Below, piece by piece: positions 58,414 to 64,000 of a DNA stretch of 64,000 nt. The stretch is taken from contig CBDAOY010000006.1 in the NCBI GenBank assembly GCA_965198225.1, forward strand, positions 160,001 through 224,000, given 5' to 3'. Position numbers and translations under genes: made by a program. The DNA is from Terriglobia bacterium (GTDB lineage Bacteria; Acidobacteriota; Terriglobia; 20CM-2-55-15). Below the pieces are notes generated by a model. It ran no database searches, was not told where the DNA came from, and worked only from the letters and a program-made list of their open reading frames with translations. Each line of letters starts with the position of its first letter. Positions within the stretch are counted from its first letter, which is position 1.

Positions 58414-60453
58414 CTAGCGGTTCTGCCTGTCGGAAGTGGTCCCGGATCCCCGTTTGTGCTTGTCGAACCAGTAGCGCAGGTAGAGGTGCGTTCTCATGAA
58501 GTTCGACGGTTTGGAGGTCGTCCCGTGCCACTCGGCATTAAACCGGACCATCGCAGTCGGAACTTTCAGGTACTTCAGAGCGCTGTAGAACTGCTCGGTC
58601 TGGGGCATGGGCGTCCGCAGGTCATTCACACCGGTCATCAGCATCGTCGGCGTGGTCACGTTGCCGACGTAGGTGAGCGGCGAGCGCCGGATGTGCTCGC
58701 TCGGGTCTTCCCAGGGAAGCTTGTCGAAGTTCCGGTACCAGTTCGCCCCGTCTGTCGTACCGACAAAACTTACCCAATCGACAACAGGGCAGTTCGCCGA
58801 CGCAGCCGCGAAACGGTCGGTGTGTCCGACCACCCAGGCGGTGAGGACCCCGCCACCGCTGCACCCGGTGACGAACAGGTTCTGCTCGTCGATGAAACCC
58901 TTCTCGATCAGAGAGTCGACGCCGGCCATCAGGTCGTCGTAGTCCCTGCTCGGGTAAGCCCTCATGATCTCGTTGCCGAACGAGCTGCCGTATCCGGAAC
59001 TGCCCCTCGGGTTCGTGTAAAGAATCACGTAGTCGTTCGCGGCTTGCTCCTGCCAGCCGAAATTGAAGCCCACGTTGTACATGCCGTGGGGACCGCCGTG
59101 GATGTGGAGTTGCATCGGGTACTTCCGCTCCGGGTCGAAGTCGGGCGGGGTGATGTACCAGCCCTGGATCTCCAGGCCGCCGGTGGACGTGTATTTGATC
59201 TCCTGAACGTCGGCGAGCTGGATATCGGCCAGGATGTCGTCGTTGACGGCGGTGAGCTGGGCGATCTCGGACGGACTCTCGACATGGAACCGGATGATGT
59301 CGGCGGGCTTGTGGAAACTCGTGAGGATGCCGACAGCCGTACCGGACGGGTGGATGTCGGTCGTCGTGAGCATGTGGTCGCCCGTCGTGACGGGCCGAAC
59401 CTCTCCGGCGCCGGGGCCATCGACGGGAAGGAAGTAGAGGTTCCGGGTACCGGAATCGCTCGCCGTGAAATAGACGCCCGTGCTGCCGGCGTTCCAGGAG
59501 ATGCTCGAAGGCGACCGATCCCAATCGCCCGAAGCGAGATGTAGATCCGATCCATCGCTGTTGACGACGTAGACCTTGCGTTCGACGAACGTGTCTCTGG
59601 TCCAGTCGTATCCAGCGTAGGCTATCCTGCGTCCGTCTGGTGAAACGACCGGGCCGCTGTCGGGCCCATGATGGTCTGTGATCTGCCGGATCTCGCGCCT
59701 ATCGACGTCGACGGCGTAGATGTGGCTCTCACGCCACTGGTACTCCGCATCGTCGGCACGAAGACCGCTGAAGAGGATGCTCCTGCCGTCGGGCGTCCAC
59801 TCGACTGAAGAATGATTGAAGTCCCCCGACGTCAACTGCCGCGGCGTACCGCCGCTGGCGGGGACGACGAAGATGTGGCGGTAGCCGGTGTCGGTGAAGC
59901 CCTGTCGGTCCCGCCGGTAGTTCAGCCGCTCGACGATTTTCGGCGTCTCGGTCCACTTGGCGCCATCAGGTCGGGGGGGCAGGTCGATCGACCAGAGGTT
60001 CTTGTCTTCGACCGTCATCGTGAAACCGATCTGTTTGCCGTCGGGAGACCACTCGATGGCTCCCGGAGCCTTATCGACGTGCGTGATTTGTGAAACCGCT
60101 CCCTCGCCGTCCATCCAGCGAACGAAAATCTGCGCCCCCTTCGGCTCGCCGGAAGCCGTGAAAGCGATGCGGTCGCCGCTGGGCGACCAACGGGCGTTCG
60201 ACCCATCAATCAAGAAACGGTTTCGGCCGCCGTCGGCGTCCATGATCCAGAGAGACGATTCCCGGCTGTCGTTGACTTTGTCCGTCCACTGTCTGGTGTA
60301 GATGATCTGGCTCCCGTCCGGCGAGATCTGAGGACCCGACACCCGTTCCATTTCCAGGTACAGATCCAGCGATAGCCTGTCGTCCGACTGTCCAAATGAC
60401 ACGGTCGGCACGACCAGGAGAACAAGAATCCAGATGGGTACGCGTTTACACAT
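58414..60453 (-). CDS. S9-family peptidase (dipeptidyl/acylaminoacyl peptidase)
   Basis: Signal peptide, beta-propeller, HGGPH, NPRGS, GCSGGG, DLR, EWH. Confidence 0.9.
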   Translation of the reverse strand: MCKRVPIWILVLLVVPTVSFGQSDDRLSLDLYLEMERVSGPQISPDGSQIIYTRQWTDKVNDSRESSLWIMDADGGRNRFLIDGSNARWSPSGDRIAFTASGEPKGAQIFVRWMDGEGAVSQITHVDKAPGAIEWSPDGKQIGFTMTVEDKNLWSIDLPPRPDGAKWTETPKIVERLNYRRDRQGFTDTGYRHIFVVPASGGTPRQLTSGDFNHSSVEWTPDGRSILFSGLRADDAEYQWRESHIYAVDVDRREIRQITDHHGPDSGPVVSPDGRRIAYAGYDWTRDTFVERKVYVVNSDGSDLHLASGDWDRSPSSISWNAGSTGVYFTASDSGTRNLYFLPVDGPGAGEVRPVTTGDHMLTTTDIHPSGTAVGILTSFHKPADIIRFHVESPSEIAQLTAVNDDILADIQLADVQEIKYTSTGGLEIQGWYITPPDFDPERKYPMQLHIHGGPHGMYNVGFNFGWQEQAANDYVILYTNPRGSSGYGSSFGNEIMRAYPSRDYDDLMAGVDSLIEKGFIDEQNLFVTGCSGGGVLTAWVVGHTDRFAAASANCPVVDWVSFVGTTDGANWYRNFDKLPWEDPSEHIRRSPLTYVGNVTTPTMLMTGVNDLRTPMPQTEQFYSALKYLKVPTAMVRFNAEWHGTTSKPSNFMRTHLYLRYWFDKHKRGSGTTSDRQNR

Positions 60454-60569
60454 GATGGTCTCCCCCTAGTTGCGATGAACTTCCTGACCTTACTACTGCC
60501 GATAGGATCAATAGTCAAGAAAAGCAGGGCGGTGATTTTTGGAAGGCGAGGTTCGGAACGCCGGAGAGG

Positions 60570-61589
60570 CTATCGGCGAAGCAGGCGTGTCTCGGGGTAG
60601 AAGGTCTTCCACGCAAACCAGTAGGATAACGTGACAGGTATTTCCACGAGCTGCTGTCCCTCGGCCGGGCCGCTCAGCGCCCTTCCTGTAGCGCCGTCCC
60701 ACTTCGAACCGGTCGGGCCGTCCGTGACGAGCATGCGACCGCTTTCGCCGGCCTCGAGAGACCACTCCGCCAGCTCCGTCAGGAAGATCCTGGCGGTCCT
60801 CCGATCGGGTGTTCCCACGACCAGAACCCGCCGGTCTCCGGCAAGCACGCTCAGGATTGGGACCGAGGACAGTTCTGCGAGTGGCACGGCGAAAGACACT
60901 CCGCCGATGACGAACGTCGCAACCCTGGCTTTCGGATCGATAGCATTCGACCGAAAGCGCAACGTCTGTGTCACGCCGACCTGCCGGCTGCTGTGGTATC
61001 TCGCATACCCATTTCCCATCCCATCCAGACGACCATTCACGCGCTTGGATAGCACGAGCGTCTTCGGGTGCAGCGCGACCCACTGGCCCCAGGTCATCAT
61101 GCTGGAAGGAAGCATTTCCAGTTGAGCGTCCTCCATTGGGCCCTGTATCGCCCGGCCGTAGGCCTGCGCCCAGAGGGAATCAGTTTGGCGATCGTACATG
61201 ATCAGGTTCTCGCGCCAGAGGCGTCCTGAGACGCCGAAAGTCAGCTCCCTGTCACCAACGGTTCGGACATACACGATGCCCGTGTAGCAGAGCGGTCACC
61301 ACGTGACCGCGATCGCCGCAGAACCGATCTTGTCATTGACGATCTCGTGGCTGTCGAGCAGCCATGTCGAGTAGGCCTTTGCCTGTCCTCCGTCGAAGAC
61401 ACCGATGACCAACTCTTCATCGCTCATGAAGTCGGCCTCTTTGGCCGACACGAAAACCGGTTCGTCGATGGCTGGAATCGCGTCCTTTCCGAGGACGCGG
61501 ATCATGGGATCGCCGTCGACGAGGACGGAGTCCGGAGACTGGAACAGGGTCATCGCGACAACGGCAACGACCGCGGCGAGCTTTGTCAT
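60570..61589 (-). CDS. DUF3179 selenoprotein (in-frame TGA at 61296-61298 read as Sec)
   Basis: DAIPAID..HEIVND..AVTW[TGA]PLCYTG..FGVSGRL..MYDRQTDSLW..YWFAW all in one frame. Confidence 0.8.
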
Positions 61590-61787
61590 ATACCCCAGGA
61601 TGATACATGTCATTCGAGACGCACTGTAACTCCCATTACGGTGAATGCAGGATGGGATGGCAGGCCGGTATGGGAACGTTGCCCGGAGTCGACGCGGCCG
61701 ACGTGCATGCACTGCCGGACCCGATGGCCAAGATGATGATGGAAATGCGCAACATGCAGAAGGGCGGGCGCTGAGAAGTAGTCAGTG

Positions 61788-61813
61788 GTGTAGGTGCGGT
61801 GTATGACCGCACA
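61788..61813. repeat. Single REP
   Basis: gtgtaggtgcggtgtatgaccgcaca. Confidence 0.65.
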
Positions 61814-61960
61814 CGTTTGCGCGTGACGGACGTCTGTGCGCTAGATCGAGGAGTTGCTCGGCAATACACCGAGTTTGTCGAAGACGAAATCCCGAGCGCC
61901 ACACCTTAGCCACCGGTGGCTGTTGACTCCCGGACCGCAAAGGCCGCGCATCCGACGACC

Positions 61961-62257
61961 TCAGAACAGTGCCCGTATCTCGTCCTGCAGGACTTCCTTC
62001 TGAATGAGATCGACGTGCCTGTGGCGCACCGCTCCTTCCCGATCCAGGATGAAGGTAGTAGGAATAGCGTAGACGCCCCCGACCTCGGCCTCGATGTCGC
62101 CGTCGGAAAGCAGGATGGTGTAGTTGACGCCGAGTTCCGCGACCAGTCCAGAGATCGCACCCCCGCTGTCCGGATCGGTCGCGATTCCGATGATCTGAAA
62201 CGTCTTCCTCCGAAGCAGGAGACCAACCCCCGGAATGTGAGGCGGACTACAAACCAC
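61961..62257 (-). pseudogene. TlpA/ResA-like thioredoxin fragment lacking CxxC
   Basis: IIGIATD, NYTIL, IPTTFILDREG; the N-terminal catalytic motif is absent. Confidence 0.6.
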
Positions 62258-62364
62258 CGAACTTCATCAATTGTCAGACGGGAGCAATTCCAAATCGTTT
62301 GCCTGTCGACGTGCAACCTCCTGGAGCCTCCACGGCGAGGACCAATGGTTTCAGAGCCGGGATT

Positions 62365-62428
62365 AACCACGGAGGCGCGAAGACGCGGAGGCGGAACAGA
62401 AACTCCGTGCCTCTGTGCCTCCGTGGTT
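62365..62428. repeat. 9-mer-periodic hairpin repeat downstream of thrS (possible terminator)
   Basis: aacagaaactccgtgcctctgtgcctccgtggtt is the exact reverse complement of 58176-58209. Confidence 0.7.
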
Positions 62429-62437
62429 ATTCCTTCT

Positions 62438-64000
62438 CTACGTTCGGTTGGCGATGGCTTCCCGGGCGATAGCGAGGAATTCGTCGATGGTCTTGGCTTT
62501 GAGGTCTTCGCCGGATCGCAGTCGGACGGCTACGCACTCGGCCTCGACTTCTTTGTCTCCGACGACCAGCATGTAGGGGATCTTCTGGACCTGGGCTTTC
62601 CGGATCTTCGCGTTCATCCGATCGACCCCGGCGTCGAGTTCCACACGCAGTCCTGCCGCCCTCAGGCGTTCACGGACCTGCTGACAGTACTCCATGTGAC
62701 GGTCGGCGATCGGGATCAGCGTCGCCTGAACCGGGGCAAGCCAGGCAGGGAAGGCTCCCGAGTAGTGCTCGATCAGGATGCCGAAGAACCGCTCCATGCT
62801 CCCGAGCAGAGCCCGATGGATCATATAGGGACGATGCTCGGCACCGTCCTCACCTATGAAGCTCAGGTCGAAGCGCTCCGGCAGGTTGAAGTCGAACTGG
62901 ATCGTGCTGAGCTGCCAGGGCCGCCCGATGGCGTCCATCAGGTAGATGTCGATCTTCGGGCCGTAGAAAGCACCGTCCCCGACGTTGATCTCAAACGGCA
63001 GACCGGAACGCTCCAGGGAGGCTTGAAGCGCATTCTCGGCAGCTTCCCAGTCCTCATCGGCACCCACCTTCTTCTCAGGTCGGGTGCTCAGGTAGAGCTT
63101 GAAGGTATCGAAACCGAAAGCCCGTAGGATATGCAGGCTGAAGTCGAGCACCTTGTCGATCTCGGCGGGCATCTGATCGGGACGGCAGAACAGATGAGCG
63201 TCGTCCTGGGTGAAGCCGCGGGCGCGTGTGAGGCCGTGAAGCACCCCACTGCGCTCATAGCGGTAGACGGTACCCCATTCGGCGAGCCGAATCGGGAGGT
63301 CCCGGTAGGAACGAAGGCCGGTCCTGAAGATGTTCACATGGAACGGGCAGTTCATCGGTTTCAGGTAGAACTCCTGTTCGTCGATGGTGAGGGGGGCGTA
63401 CATACCGTCGGCATAGAAATCGAGATGGCCGCTGGTCTCCCAGAGCGTGGCCCGCCCGATGTGTGGGGTGTAAACAAAGTCGTATCCGTTCTCCAGGTGC
63501 TCCCTCTTGCAATACTCCTCGGCAAGATGGCGGACGAGTCCTCCTTTCGGATGCCACAGAACCAGCCCCCCGCCGACCGTCTCCGGGTGGACGCTGAACA
63601 GGTCCAGATCGACGCCCAGCTTCCGGTGGTCCCTCTTCTTCGCTTCCTCCAGGCGGACGAAATACTGCTTGAGCTCTTTTTTCGTCTCGAACGCAACGCC
63701 GTAGACGCGCTGCAACTGGTCGCGGGCTTGATCGCCCCGCCAGTAGGCGCCCGAAACCCGGGTCAGCTTGAAAGCATCAGCCCGGATCTGACCGGTGTCC
63801 TCGATGTGCGGTCCACGGCAGAGGTCGACGAATTCGCCGGTCTTGTAGATGCTCACGGTATCGACGCTTCCACCGACCAGATTCTCGTCCTCCAAGTCGG
63901 CAACCGCCGTCGTTCCGTGACTCTTGAGATCGTTCAACAGTTCGACCTTGTAGTCCTGTGACATGCGGCCGAACTTTTCTATCGCGTCATCGATCGGCAG
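62438..64000 (-). CDS. thrS: Threonyl-tRNA synthetase (5' end outside the window)
   Basis: DLCRGPH, RDHRKLG, KPMNCP, RYERSG, FTQDDAH, GAFYGPK, HRALLGSMERF. Confidence 0.97.
   Translation of the reverse strand: MPIDDAIEKFGRMSQDYKVELLNDLKSHGTTAVADLEDENLVGGSVDTVSIYKTGEFVDLCRGPHIEDTGQIRADAFKLTRVSGAYWRGDQARDQLQRVYGVAFETKKELKQYFVRLEEAKKRDHRKLGVDLDLFSVHPETVGGGLVLWHPKGGLVRHLAEEYCKREHLENGYDFVYTPHIGRATLWETSGHLDFYADGMYAPLTIDEQEFYLKPMNCPFHVNIFRTGLRSYRDLPIRLAEWGTVYRYERSGVLHGLTRARGFTQDDAHLFCRPDQMPAEIDKVLDFSLHILRAFGFDTFKLYLSTRPEKKVGADEDWEAAENALQASLERSGLPFEINVGDGAFYGPKIDIYLMDAIGRPWQLSTIQFDFNLPERFDLSFIGEDGAEHRPYMIHRALLGSMERFFGILIEHYSGAFPAWLAPVQATLIPIADRHMEYCQQVRERLRAAGLRVELDAGVDRMNAKIRKAQVQKIPYMLVVGDKEVEAECVAVRLRSGEDLKAKTIDEFLAIAREAIANRT

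Noticed and set aside
62264-62269. Tandem in-frame TGA TGA upstream of the TlpA-like fragment as possible selenocysteines
   Set aside because: The context does not rebuild a WCxxC/UxxC motif or the thioredoxin N-terminal strands.

Overview
GC-rich bacterial DNA with an Acidobacteriota-like gene repertoire (inference from Ser/Thr kinases with TolB-like repeats, Oar-type TonB-dependent receptors and a carboxypeptidase-regulatory-like protein). The centrepiece is a rearranged respiratory complex I operon (11.8-27.7 kb): nuoJK - MrpD-like - small membrane protein - MrpD-like with NuoL-type tail - nuoM N A B C D - fused nuoEF - nuoG H I. It has four antiporter-like subunits and no canonical nuoL. 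Also present: Na+-pumping oxaloacetate decarboxylase oadGAB, malate synthase, c-di-GMP enzymes, a cytochrome P460 domain, bacterioferritin, a truncated globin, a secreted Ig-repeat protein ending in a magnetochrome-like heme c motif paired with a Tat-exported alkaline-phosphatase-fold protein, two tandem TonB-dependent receptors behind a perfect GntR-type palindrome, an S9 peptidase, a DUF3179 selenoprotein (in-frame TGA, UxxC) and thrS. At least five families of intergenic hairpin, REP or MITE repeats occur. Several genes carry small indels or fusion junctions, which could be assembly error or gene decay. No rRNA, tRNA, CRISPR array or transposase was recognised.
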